A stretch of 63,464 bases of DNA, the filler included, from Craspedostauros australis (lineage: Eukaryota): assembly GCA_030167865.1 (NCBI GenBank). It is 5 parts of 5 records of this genome, joined end to end, with 100 filler letters (N's around TTAATTAATTAA, not from the genome) between each part and the next. Parts side by side here need not be neighbours in the genome. Positions count along the whole stretch, not along the records: positions 1 to 10,349 come from JALAGF010000867.1; positions 10,450 to 11,579 come from JALAGF010000871.1; 3 more parts are not named here. One strand, given 5' to 3'. The notes beneath the pieces are model-generated. The model saw only the letters and a list, made by a program, of their open reading frames with translations. It had not been told where the DNA came from and did no database searches. Shown here piece after piece: positions 1-11,679 of this stretch. A program made the translations under genes and the position numbers. Position 1 is the stretch's first letter. Every line of letters starts with the position of its first letter.

Positions 1-142
1 ACCTACCACCACACCTACCACCACACCTACCACCACACCTACCACCACACCTACCACCACACCTACCACCACACCTACCACCACCAACAACAGCAACAAC
101 AGCAACAACAGCAACAACAGCAACAACAGCAACAACAGCAAT
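1..142. repeat. Simple tandem repeats: (ACCTACCACCAC)x~7 followed by (CAACAACAG)n
   Basis: Directly visible perfect 12-bp repeat at 1-~84, then a 9-bp repeat to ~142. Confidence 0.95.
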
Positions 143-488
143 TGCAGAGCAGAACAGAACAGGAGCAGACACAAAGGCAACAGCTGTAGCAGGAGCAGAC
201 GCTCCTGTGTCGTAGTATCAATAGAACTTAATGGTATGTACTCATTGATTCATTCAATTTCGCTCTCTGTACATATTAAAGCATGACGATACTATCTAAA
301 CATAGAAGCATACACATCCGACCATACAAACATAACCATCTAAACACTTTGACTCGTGTTATGTGATGATTGCCTCATGCAATAATACCTGTTAGTAATG
401 TCATCTTTCTCTTTGTGTTGATACATACGGACTACTTGTCTCTGTCTCTTTCTTTCTCTGCTCGCACCATGCTTCTTCACTGCTGCAT

Positions 489-2500
489 TTACACCATCAT
501 CCTTGTGCACACAGGTGCTGCCATTGCCAATCCGCGGTTGGAGATGAAGTTAGGATGGCCGCCGGTTTTGTTGGACTTGCGGATAGCAGCGATGTACTTG
601 GTGATCGAGTCGCACGTGGGGTACGTACTGCAGATGGTGTTGATAGTTTGCTCAACTGGGACATTGTAGTCACACTCGTTTTGAATGAGCTGCCACGCGA
701 CCTTCCGGTTGGAGTACTTGGAGGTACACGCGCCTCTGTCCGCGTCAGTGAAGTCTTTTCCTGGCTTGCGACTGTCCAAGCCACACATATACTCCTCCCA
801 CAGCTGCTCCAAAGTGAGTGAGCCAACTGTGGATTTTGCAACCGACGAAGGTGGTGCGCGTTGGCTCTCGGCTCCACTGCGGTGGGTGGCAGCTTCTGCA
901 GTTGTTGGCGAGCTGGGGCTTTTCCCTGCCATCTCGAGGAGGACTGAATGCACGGCGTTGAGTGTCACGCTCATGCTGCCAAACTGAGCCTGCAATGCAG
1001 CAATCTTGGTGCTGTGGCGCTCTTGCATGGCTGCCCAAATGGCAGCCATGCGATCGACCTTGCTGTCGATGGTCCTGGTGATCTGCATGCTCACGATGTC
1101 TTCATGGACCGTGAACATGCCGGTTGCTGAGGAGGAAGGGTTGTAGTCCTCGTCCATGTCGACGATGTGTAGATTGCCATGGTTGTTCACTAAGGTGATC
1201 AGCACATGCTTGGCAGGATTGATACCCTCAGAGAGATGTGGAGAGAGAAGGCCAACCTTGATCTTGATTCGAGTGACTAACCAACCAGACACCATGGCAG
1301 ATGCCTCGTTGTCCATGGCAGCACAAAGGAGAGCGCGGCCAGCCACCAAAGCAACTTCATGCAACACGTTTGTGGCACCCTTGGGGGCGACATGCTCAAC
1401 AATCCAATCATCGTCAATTGGGACACCCTCGTGGATGACATACTTGCAGGGGCATGCCATGCAGGGGGCTGCAGCAACCTTGGCGTCAGCGTAGGGAGAG
1501 ATAGCCAGAAGATAGTGGTCCACTCTCTCCTTTCTCATCCAGCGTCCACAGTCGCTGATGTCACCACATTGGCAAATGGCACAAGCCGCTGTAGCTGCAT
1601 ACTTGCGGGTACTGTGCATGCCAAGAACTCCAGGCTTGACCTTGCCAAACTCATCGCTCATCATGATGTCGTGGATGACCTTGCTGACCGCAGAGTTGGT
1701 AGATGCAGGAATTCTGTGGCCTGTTCCTCCATTGTTGAATAGCCACTCAGGATTGCCTGGGTTGCTGTGGACGGAGGTCTCGAGAAGGATGGCAAATGCA
1801 ATCGTTGGGCAGATGCTGGCATCCATGGATCCAAGGATGGTCTAGAACGGAGCTGTCTCCTTGGTGATGACAATCTTGGACCAGGTCACCTGGATGGTGA
1901 GGAACTCTGGGTGTACTTTGCTCATGTCGATGCTCTCGTACTTGAGGTGGGCAAAGCAATCCAAGCGACCGATGAGGTGCAACTGAAGCTTGATGACTCT
2001 GCATGTGCTGAAGGAGTGCACCTTATTGGCATGCTGAAGGAGCTTTTCCAAGAGTTCGATGAACTCGAACTTGTGGGATGCATGCGTCTTCTTGCTTGGA
2101 GCTCCCTGGCCACGGCACTGGAACCTGCGGATACTGGCGATGGCCTTGCTGATCTTGGGGGACTTGGTCGGGTTGCCTTCCTGCATCTTTTCAGACCAGG
2201 GGATTTCGGAGTCAGGATTAATACTCGAAATCGCCTTCTTGTCATGGAGGATCGTGAGGAGGCGGAGACGAGTGGGATGGTCAGCTGCCAAGGGAGCAAT
2301 CTTGCCGTATGCTCTGTGGTTCACGTAGGCAAGAACTTGGTCAGGGGTGATGGAGGCATACTCCTCCTCCAAGAACGGAGCTGGATCCTTGGTGGAGTAC
2401 TTCAATCCATGAATGAAGTTCACGAATCGAATGCCGATATTCTTGTATCATCCGGTGACCTCGGCAGGGCCAACGGACCTGGGACATCCGGCAAAACCAG
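489..2500 (-). mobile_element. Crypton-like tyrosine recombinase with C-terminal GCR1_C-like DNA-binding domain; decayed by in-frame stops
   Basis: ORFs 1842..2423 and 489..1826 share a frame, separated by TAG at 1842-1844; another TGA lies at 2448-2450. YR catalytic motifs are present: LIGRLD (box I R), WSK, HSTRK (HxxR), GRW, VDHY (Tyr). The tail TLEQLWEEYMCGLDSRKPGKDFT..KYSNRKVAW resembles GCR1_C. Confidence 0.8.
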
Positions 2501-3028
2501 GTCGGAGTGGCTCATTCGACCCATCGGACAAAATAATGCAATAATTAAAGTTATGTCCCAATTCGCAGAACGTGAAGAAACTGACATTCCAAACTCTTCT
2601 TTCACATTCCAACAATGCCTTCCAGTCGAGATGAATGCAATATGGATGTATGCTGGACTAGTAGGTGCACTCATGGAGATCTCAGGAGGAGATCGAACTT
2701 TGGAAGTTGAGAGCAATGAAGAGCTCACAGTTCAGAGAAGTAGATTCTAACAAACAATTAGCTTTCTACTATCATCACCACCCCGGATTTCCAACATGTG
2801 CATTCAAGTACTGGCCTCTCCGGTGTGCTGTGGGCTTTCCACCGTCGTCGTCCTCCTTGTCTTCGTCGTGTCTGTTGCGATCTCTCAGGATCCGGTTCTT
2901 TGGGTTGTCCTGTTCCTCATCTCATTTCCAGTAACACCCAGTAAGCTCCGATTTCAACAGCATCTTCGATTGTCTGCATCAAACCACCCATCACCCTCCT
3001 TCGTTTGACCTGCCACCACCATCGGATC

Positions 3029-4420
3029 ATGAACCACCCACGCCCAAACTCTCCCAACGACGCGCACCAGCCTTCGCCAAAGGTACGCTGTCCTCATGAA
3101 GCCCGCGATGTCCACTCTCCTCACCAGGGGCTCAACCCTTATGCTCTCCCTTTCATACCATCGGTCTCCCATGACCAATCTACGATGATCGCACCAGTGG
3201 TGAACTATGTACCATCCCCAGCCCCTGCGTCCCCTCCAGCTCATGCGAACTACAACTATCCCGCATGAGGTGGGCACTACGACACTGCGATAGCAAACGT
3301 TGGGTATGGTGCGAACTTGCATTCTGCTTTTGTTGGCATCCCGAACTACCTCATGCCACCTATGGTTACTGCACCTGATCCATACAGTACCTATCCAAAA
3401 CTACCATTCGCGCACAGCATGCCAACCACCTGCATTGGCAACTTGAAATGTCAAGGTTGTGGTATCATGTTCTGCGGTTGCTCCAATCCGGCATATGCGA
3501 GACTCTTGTTCTGCCCGCAATGTGGAACAAACCACAAAGGAGCTGGGCAGGTTAGCTTTGCCCAGAACCGTAATGATCGAAACGGATCCAATGCAGCATC
3601 CTGTCCACATGTCCAAGCAAATTGCAGCGTTGTCATGTCTGCTCCGGTCCCAACCAGCATTGACAATGATTGCGATGACAATGCGATGATGAGTGACACC
3701 ATCGTCAACAACAAAGTCTCAGACCCTGGATGGCAAACCTGGATGAAGGATATGTCTGCAAAGCAGAAGCTCCTATCCCTCTTCGGGATAGCTGGCAGAG
3801 ATCCAGGCGCACTGAGGAACTTCCCAAAGGGCGGATACCCAGGGATTTCGACCAAGGCCAACAGATACCATTGGGATTCCATGGAACGAGCAAGGGAAGA
3901 GCATGTTTCTATCTTTTGGAATGCAGCTTCCCCCAACACCATGGTTTCACCTCAACTGTGCGAGGTCATCAAGTATGTCCGGCACGACAAGGCTCTACCC
4001 CCTGTGGGATTGGTGGATACTGTCTGTCTCTTCGCCTTCTTTGGAAATGACAACTTCTCCAAAGCTGCAGTTGTCTGTGGACGTATATCAGCACACTGCG
4101 ATACACACCGAAGCTAAATCGTGAATGTACCATCAAATCTCCTTCTTCTTGTGACATCATCATATCCATGTGTATGTCAGTGCACTTCTGTGAGCATTGT
4201 ACCGCAGTTGTATTTACCGCAACTCCCAGTACAGAACAAAGGTGACACCAACATGGACCAAGCCCAAGAAACCACCTTGACATGCTCGGATCAAGTCGAT
4301 GACGCCATATACAAAATGGTTATGTCTCTACATACAAGGCATGCCCAAGAAAAAGGAGCTACATCAGTGAACCTCCTACTCCCTTGTGATTGGCATGAAT
4401 AACGAGAAGAGGGCACATCG
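3029..4420 (+). pseudogene. Decayed Pro-rich ORF with CxxC..CxxC zinc-ribbon motif, probably TE-associated
   Basis: ORFs 3005..3268, 3317..4117 and 4121..4402 are all in one frame, broken by TGA (3266-3268) and TAA (4115-4117); motif CQGC...CPQC. Confidence 0.5.
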
Positions 4421-5883
4421 TAATTCACTGCCCTGTTGCTGGTATCCCAGTGAAAGGCAGAACCCAGAAGGCCAGACCTCGCCACCAATTCCCATCAACA
4501 CGCTTCGATAGATTATTCATCACACGTTCATAAAAACAAAATCCATCTCATGCTTTCTTGCTCACATCAACACTTCATCATTCTCCAATTTCATCACTTT
4601 GACCACAAGCAAACCGTGTACATCACACACAATGAAATCACATGTTGCAAACAATCCATCATCATCCCACAATACCCAGAGAACAACAATCATCATGCCA
4701 ACACTAACACTATAAACACAACACAAATACAAAAAACAACCCAACCTCACCCTTCTACTTTGAATTGATCACTCAGACAAAGCTGTGCAGAAATTATCCT
4801 TGACAAACAAATCAGAATCTATCAGGCAACATGACAAGATGTGTGAGTTCACAAGAGGGTGTTGCATAAAAAAGACGAATCCGGTATTGGCAACGCTTAT
4901 CTTGAAAGAATGTCCAAATGCCATTACTTGGCGACCATGAGGAATCGGTGAACAAACAGCAGCGAAGGGAGCAGATGTCACTTTGTCATCCCCAAGTGAG
5001 GAGCAGTCATCGTCACTCATCGCAGCACCTGAGTTCTGTTAAACGTTGGATTGCATGCTTTTCAGACGTAGCGCACCAGGTTTGTAGCACAGTGAGTGGC
5101 AGGATTTGCAGAGTAGACTGGTACCAAGCAAACAATGAGAAGAGGTGCATCAATGTCAACATCACTCTTGTGATCATTGAAATTGAAAGATGAATTTTGA
5201 TTACACTGGACTTTCTTGTCAGCAGCACAGTGCAAGATGAGATTGGCGATGATGTGAGGGATGTGATTAAATTTTGGATTAGCACTACTGGGGTGATTGT
5301 GAATTGTGAGCAATCAAATCACTTTTAGAATCAGTGATTTTGATTGTGTGAAAAATAGCACGTGTGACCATGTGACATCGCGTAAAATGAAAGTGTGATA
5401 TGAAGATGAACATGAGAGCAAAGCAACACATTTCCATGATGTTTGGAAGTTGGAGCTATCGATGTTCGTGATAATCCCATCCTAGTCCAGACCAGAAGCC
5501 TTGAGGTGAGAATCATGACCAAACAACCCAATGCGCTTCTTGATGATTGTGCCAAATTGGATGTCTTTCAAATTGCATCAGATGGCATGTTCTTGATTCA
5601 TCATGGAAGTGTTCTGCACAATTGTTTGCAAAGAGGTATGGATGGATGTAGAATGTTCTGTAATGAGTGTAGATGTACGATTCATGCTGATGGTGAGACC
5701 TCGATACCATTGAATTTGTTGATGTGTTGGTTCGTTTTCGTCTGTTGTGGGAGAAGCGGCAAATTGTCAATTTCAAAGATAATGCTTTCAGGAGTGCGCC
5801 TGCTGCACTGATCGATGCCGTCACCTGTATGTCGTGGAGTGGAGTGGATGCAGGTTGGACAAACAATTCGAATAATGGTTATA

Positions 5884-6546
5884 CTAGGTGAAATATAGCT
5901 GTGTGCCGATAGGTATTGAAGGTTGGGTCAGAAAATCAATGGCATGCATCGCGTGGTCTGGCGTCATCTTGAATTGATTGCTCACTTGGATGGGGAACAA
6001 CTCTCTGTGAAAGCGAAAGGGCTATTGGTACACATGACGCATGCTGTGAACTGCAAGCGCATAAGATTCGCTTCGTTTGCGTTGTCCCCGAAAAGAACGA
6101 ATTTTGAAATGGGAGGGAAGTGTCTTGTTGAGGCGGTCAATCAGCTCCTTGTCCGTTGCTGCTGATGACTCAAGTTCCTGATTATGTTTGATTCCAACCT
6201 CCAAGACGCACCCTTGTTCCTTGATGGACACATTCACGTCCCCTTAGCAAGTCCCACCTGGGAGTTCGAAAGTGATTTCAAGCACCTTGCCACGCTTCTG
6301 GGGAGTACACGTGACACACAACAGGCAAGAAGATTGCGCTGTTCTTGTTCGTCCAAGCTGCAATGGATCAGGCACGACTGGGACCAACTTGCAAGGGTGT
6401 CTCAGCTGTACTGTTTTCACAAGCATGCCACAACGTGGAACAGACTCAGCAGAAGTAGCACCAGGAGAAACCACAGATGGTGCAGGTCCAGGAAGACGTG
6501 AGGGATCACTAGGAGCAGCAGTCACTGTGTTGATTACCACACACAC
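5884..6546 (-). pseudogene. Decayed ORF with weak HSP20/alpha-crystallin-like pattern
   Basis: ORFs 6244..6546 and 6022..6237 are in frame and the frame stays open beyond the 6022 stop; pattern LEITFELPGG..VNVSIKEQGCVLEV...*PFRF. Confidence 0.3.
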
Positions 6547-7589
6547 TATTTAGCCTGTCCCACCTAGTCGTAACAAATAGCCCAAATCTCAAATCGGTGA
6601 ATCGTGACGATCTTCGGTGGCTTCTCTTGTCTGTTCGAGTGAGCTCATGTGTGGTGTCCTGGTTTGAAGAGGGAAACATAACATTGCACTGGTGGGGTAG
6701 TCAAGTGAGGGTTACGTTTTGCTGTTGGAGGTTGGAAATACTATTTTCGAGTTTTCATCTCGGACACACTGACTAGGCATTCCGGAGAACTGAAAGCGAT
6801 TTTCGTCCCTGTGGAGGGACACCCCTCCTAGATTTGGGGAGGACCAAGAAGACGATTAGGCACCAATGCTTGCACAAGAGAGTCCTGTTTTGTTACGTTG
6901 AAAAACCAAGGGAAACACCAGCGACCGTCTGCGAGGCGCAGTAATTACCTAGTTTAGTCAGAATCCCTTTTTAATCCATGTAATAGCGCATTGTCGTGGC
7001 TCTCAAAGAGCGAAATCTGAAACAACTTGGACATCAGCAGCAACATCACCTCCATACACCCAATTTTTGCCATCCCAACTGGGTATCAACAAAGACCAAG
7101 ACAACACATTCACAAAATTCAAATCCAACTACGCTATACAGACAGATGTTGGTGTGTGGGGTTACTGATTCACTGTTAGTTTTTTGGGGTTCACTACACT
7201 GTTTCAATTTGCATTCATTTTCACATTGACCTGGCTGCATTTTTTGTCTCCTACTCCTCTTTATCATTGTCATTATCATTATCATCATAATTATCATCAT
7301 TCCAACCACCAATTCCAGTGTAACCTGGAAATTGGCGGATAAAATGAGAGAGGGAGAACTACCCATCCTCTTCATACCTGTAGTGCGCCAGGCATGTAAG
7401 CAGTGAAGCCTGCTGCTGGTGCCACTCCTGTTGGTGCTGCTGCTGCTGCTCCAAATTCTTCTGGTGTTTTCCCTCCCATCACTTCATCAAAGGCAATTGA
7501 TTCAGCCAAAGCTGCTTTCTGTTGTCTTGCAGTCTTGGTTGCTGCAGTTGCAGCAGCCATTGCCTTTGCCACAGCCGCAAGCTTCGAAG

Positions 7590-7703
7590 GTGGCGGTTGT
7601 TGGTGGTGGTTGTTGTTGGTGGTTGGTGGTGGTGGTTGGTGGTGGTGGTTGGTGGTGGTGGTTGGTGGTGGTGGTTGGTGGTTGGTGGTTGTTGGTGGTG
7701 GTT

Positions 7704-7773
<70 letters not shown>
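7590..7773. repeat. (GGT/GTT)n trinucleotide microsatellite in the transposase C-terminal low-complexity region
   Basis: Directly visible; it produces the poly-N/T/C/V ORF artefacts. Confidence 0.95.
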
Positions 7774-7774
<1 letters not shown>

Positions 7775-8740
7775 GAGGCTCAATGATCTTGGCTTTGCTC
7801 TTCCTGGGCGTCTTCTTCTTCTTGCCTTTCTTCTGTTGCTCAGCCTCCTCATTGGCTCTGGTGGTCGCGACAATTTGCTTCTCCAGCAACGGAATGAGGC
7901 TGCTGGTTGTTGGCAGGCTCGTTTTAAGGCATTGCAGACCACTGACAGCCATCACCTTGAGCGCATCATCGTACATACCTTTGATGTCAGGCTTGGCATA
8001 TTTGAAGCCAGCTGATTTGCCTTTGTTGCCTGTTGCAGTTGGCTTCTTGGTGGTTGTGTTGGTTGCCTCATCCTCCTCCTCCTCCAACGCGAAGTCCGTG
8101 TGAGACACAGTCACACCAATCTCATTGCCGTCCTCGTCAGTTTCAGTGAACGTTTGTTTCCGCACGTTCATGCTCAGTCCCTTGCGCTCCGTCACAAATT
8201 CGTCACCTCCTTCCGCAGCACAAATTGCGTAGGCGATCTGATGGTGGCGAACATACGCGCGAGCGACCTTGTCCAGCCCAAATTGCTCCCAACAGGTTCC
8301 ACAAGCACCCCACAACGCTTCGGTGGTGAACATGCGACTCCTGTAGTGCTTACTTTGATGTGCTGACACGTGTTTCGACATCGCTGGGAATATCGTATCG
8401 TCTTTCACATTCGTGATGGGAGAATTTGATGGTTGGAAGCGTAGGTGCCATCCGCGACTGTCGAACTCCTCGTTGATGAACCTGAGCAGTTCCGTGTCTC
8501 TGTGTGGCCCCGCGCCATCCATCGGTACCGAATCACCACGTTCTTGCCCGTTTTCGCCTTGATTTTGCTGGCGAGCGAATCCAGTGCGGGGATTTCTTTT
8601 TCGCGGAAGAATTTCTTGAGGCTGTATTTTGGCTTGGGCTTATCACGATGACCATCTGTTTACTTGCTGCCTGTGATCTCCAGTGGTTGAAAGTACAGTT
8701 CACCCTTCTTGCAAGAGATTTTGTTGGGATCAGGAAGGTG

Positions 8741-8897
8741 CTTGTACTTGGTTGGCGAGACCCAAGTTCGCTTGTACTTGGTTGGCGAGACCCAAGTTCG
8801 CTTGTACTTGGTTGGCGAGACCCAAGTTCGCTTGTACTTGGTTGGCGAGACCCAAGTTCGCTTGTACTTGGTTGGCGAGACCCAAGTTCGCTTGTAC
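8741..8897. repeat. Perfect 30-bp tandem repeat x5 (+7 bp) encoding YKRTWVSPTK repeats on the minus strand
   Basis: Unit CTTGTACTTGGTTGGCGAGACCCAAGTTCG at 8741, 8771, 8801, 8831, 8861, with no spacers. Confidence 0.97.
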
Positions 8898-10265
8898 GTG
8901 GTCTTCTGCGCTCGGACCATGCGCCCAACACGTTCGAAGCTGACCCAATACGCCTTTCCTCCTTGCCCAAAGCAGTTGTCTGTTGGAGCGAACGCTGTTG
9001 ATGCAATTGCCATGGTCTTTTCGATGTGGCACTTGTGGTGCACAGCATGCTTCACAGGCTTAACTCCCATTTGGGGCACATGTTTGAGATTCTTCTGAGC
9101 GACAATAGAGTAGAACCACTTTTCATCCATGTGGACAACAACAACTTGCGTATTCTCAAACAGCTCAGTTGATTCCCAGAACACACAGAAGTCCTTGGCC
9201 CAGATGTTGCGCTTCACCTTGATGTCACCCTGGATCTTGGGGAGCATTGTTGTAAAACGGTATTCGCTGCCCTCCAATCCCATCACGTATGCTCAGATGG
9301 TGTCTTTGCAGACGCATTGGACGTTGCCGTTTCCTGCTAGTTCACGTGCAACATCGTTCCACGAGATTGCGCCATTGCATCGTCGCAACACATCCTGGAG
9401 CTCAAATTGCAGGAAGGGACCACGCTGCAACCACGAATCAGACAGGGATTTTGCGGATGCCAGCTCTTCAGGCGAAGCATGGTCAAAGGCATAACATATG
9501 TCCTCAGTCGTCAAGTGTTGTCTTGGATGCTTAAGCCGCAGTTGTTTCACAAAGATGGCACGCGGTGTGAAGTATTGCTGTTGCTTCTTGGGGCAGGTGA
9601 AGATGGTGCTGCCCGCATCGCTGCGCTTCTTCCGTTCCAGCTTGTTCTGTTGGAATTTCTTGATGTTGCGATCGACAGTGCTAGCGCCAATATCCCATGC
9701 GTGGGCGATCAATTTCATGTTGGCTGGGATCCCACCCAAATTGAAATAGAGAACGATGTAGTTTTTGTTGTCTTGCCTATCAAATTGTTTCTTCCTATTG
9801 ATGGGCTTAGTGTTGCTACGCCCTCCATCCTTTCGCAACCATCCTTTCGTTGTTGCGCCTTTCTTCATCTGCTTCGTGAGACGGGCGATTGCTGTTGCCT
9901 TCTGCTGCCGCGAGACCTCCAGAAAAGCGGCGATTTTGGTTTCTTGCGATTCCGTGGTAGTTGGGGATGGTGTTGGGGGCTTAGCCTTGTTGTTGACACG
10001 CGCAACAGCGACAGAGCGATGCTGGGGAGAAAGGAGGGAAGGCTTAGCAAAGCCACCAGCAGTGCGAGTCCGCGCGAAGGTGCGAGGCTGTGTGGTGTGC
10101 AGAGATGCTCACAAAAAACGTACATTCGGCTCTGCCCCATCACTGGGGTCACCATGACCATTGCCACCTCTCCTGGTGCAAGAGGCCCATCGCGTTTGAC
10201 TGTAGCTCTGTCCGCGGTCTGCTTAATTGCAAACTCAACATGACATACGCCCAGGTCGCGGACCT

Positions 10266-10349
10266 TGCCACCTGATCGCTGGTGGGGTGCCACCTGATCG
10301 CTGGTGGGGTGCCACCTGATCGCTGGTGGGGTGCCACCTGATCGCTGGT
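10266..10349. repeat. 22-bp tandem repeat (TGCCACCTGATCGCTGGTGGGG) x3.8 running into a gap
   Basis: Directly visible; each unit has an internal CCACC/GGTGG inverted pair. Confidence 0.95.
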
Positions 10350-10449
10350 NNNNNNNNNNNNNNNNNNNNNNNNNNNNNNNNNNNNNNNNNNNNTTAATTA
10401 ATTAANNNNNNNNNNNNNNNNNNNNNNNNNNNNNNNNNNNNNNNNNNNN
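10350..10449. other. Artificial scaffold linker N44-TTAATTAATTAA-N44 (also at 11580-11679, 12844-12943, 44552-44651)
   Basis: Identical 100-bp structure four times; TTAATTAATTAA places stop codons in all six frames. Confidence 0.97.
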
Positions 10450-11679
10450 GGACAGGTCATGTCACGCCCATAAGTGGCGTGGGATGGCCCGATCGCCCAA
10501 ACCCAAATTCAGCGGACACGCGACATCGTCTGAAGTAGAGCACGATTCGAGGGTGGGACCCCATCCCACCGACATTGAGTCACGCTTCAATCCCGCTCAA
10601 ACTCTGAGCAGTCGGTCATTTGATTAACTCGACTAAATCTTAACACGACTAATGGGAATACTAGTTTGAGCTAATATGAATCATGATTACGTCCCTGGTG
10701 GCCGAACGCAACACGGTTGGATACGATCGATCTGTTCTTCGTTGGTTGCCATTTGGAGTTGTGTTGGCTGTCGGCGCCGATCGTCTTAGATGCGACGATT
10801 GAAGTATCCGCAGTGAATGGGAAAGAGCATAGTCGTTGGGTGTGTGATGTGTGATATGAGTTCGCTGGGGCGGACATTCTGTCCTGCCTGTTGTTGTCGG
10901 TTGGTGTGGGACGCTGGATCGTTGGTCCATGAATCTGTCATTTGTGATCTTGTCGTGTTGTTTTCTTGATTTTCGGACAAACTTTGGTTCTTCGTTGTTC
11001 GTTTGTTCAATGTAATTTGTCCTTGCGAGCAACAAACGACATTTGCACTTAACCATTGACGATTCCCATCCAATCAGATTCGACCAAAGTGCGCCAATTT
11101 CACACCCACATTTTCGATCAAGACAACAAAACTGGATCGGGCATCGACCAAGGGATGCAGTCTATTGTCAAGTATGAGACAAGTAGATGACGCCAAGTCG
11201 ATCTTCGAACCATGATGGAACCACAAAAGTGCAGCGCTCACAATGGTGCAGGAGCGCGTCCATAGTTCCACATATTTCGGAAGCCGCTGCAATTAGCCCA
11301 CTGCTGTCGCTGATCGTCAATTCTGTTGCTTGAGTCGTTGGCCTCGTGATGCAAAGCGGTAGGACATCATGCCCCGCACCATCTCCAGCATCCGGGTCAT
11401 CCGCAAACCTGCGTAGCTTGCTGAATCAATGCCATGTTCATCTCCTTCCATTGGTGGAATTCGAAAAGGCCAACACCACACAGATTCGCGAGCACTTGAA
11501 AGTCAACACACAGTCTGCCAGAGTCCGGAGCCCTCGCAAGAGGATTGCGAGCAACATCAATTCGGAGCGTGTAGATCGCNNNNNNNNNNNNNNNNNNNNN
11601 NNNNNNNNNNNNNNNNNNNNNNNTTAATTAATTAANNNNNNNNNNNNNNNNNNNNNNNNNNNNNNNNNNNNNNNNNNNN

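Larger units (their letters stand above)
7372..10260 (-). mobile_element. Tc1/mariner-superfamily transposase pseudogene (plant-mariner-like motifs, DD38D)
   Basis: VVVHMDEKWFY (D at 9125-9127), MDGAGPH (D 8517-8519), QPSNSPITNVKD (D 8400-8402). In-frame stops at 9293-9295 and 8660-8662; a 1-nt frameshift at ~8523 (RY-CG-MDG, expected RYQMDG). An HTH-like N-terminal region includes RKKRSDAG. Confidence 0.85.

Noticed and set aside
1..84. Telomeric repeat
   Set aside because: The ACCTACCACCAC unit does not match TTAGGG-type repeats and grades into other microsatellites.
7403..8015. Poly-Cys/Val/Trp membrane or metallothionein-like ORFs
   Set aside because: Translations of the (GTT/GGT)n microsatellite.
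8741..8897. CRISPR-like array (30-bp repeats)
   Set aside because: Head-to-tail identical units with no spacers, in frame within a transposase, no cas genes, eukaryotic host.
1842..9295. Stop-codon readthrough, selenocysteine or alternative genetic code in TE ORFs
   Set aside because: All three stop types and a frameshift occur, while host genes use the standard code; mutational decay is simpler.
10394..10405. Recurrent TTAATTAATTAA palindrome as a biological site
   Set aside because: Always centred in identical 100-bp N blocks; an assembly linker.
10450..11579. Gene or TE end in the short inter-gap contig
   Set aside because: No recognisable protein motif or TIR matching the mariner; isolated by linkers on both sides.
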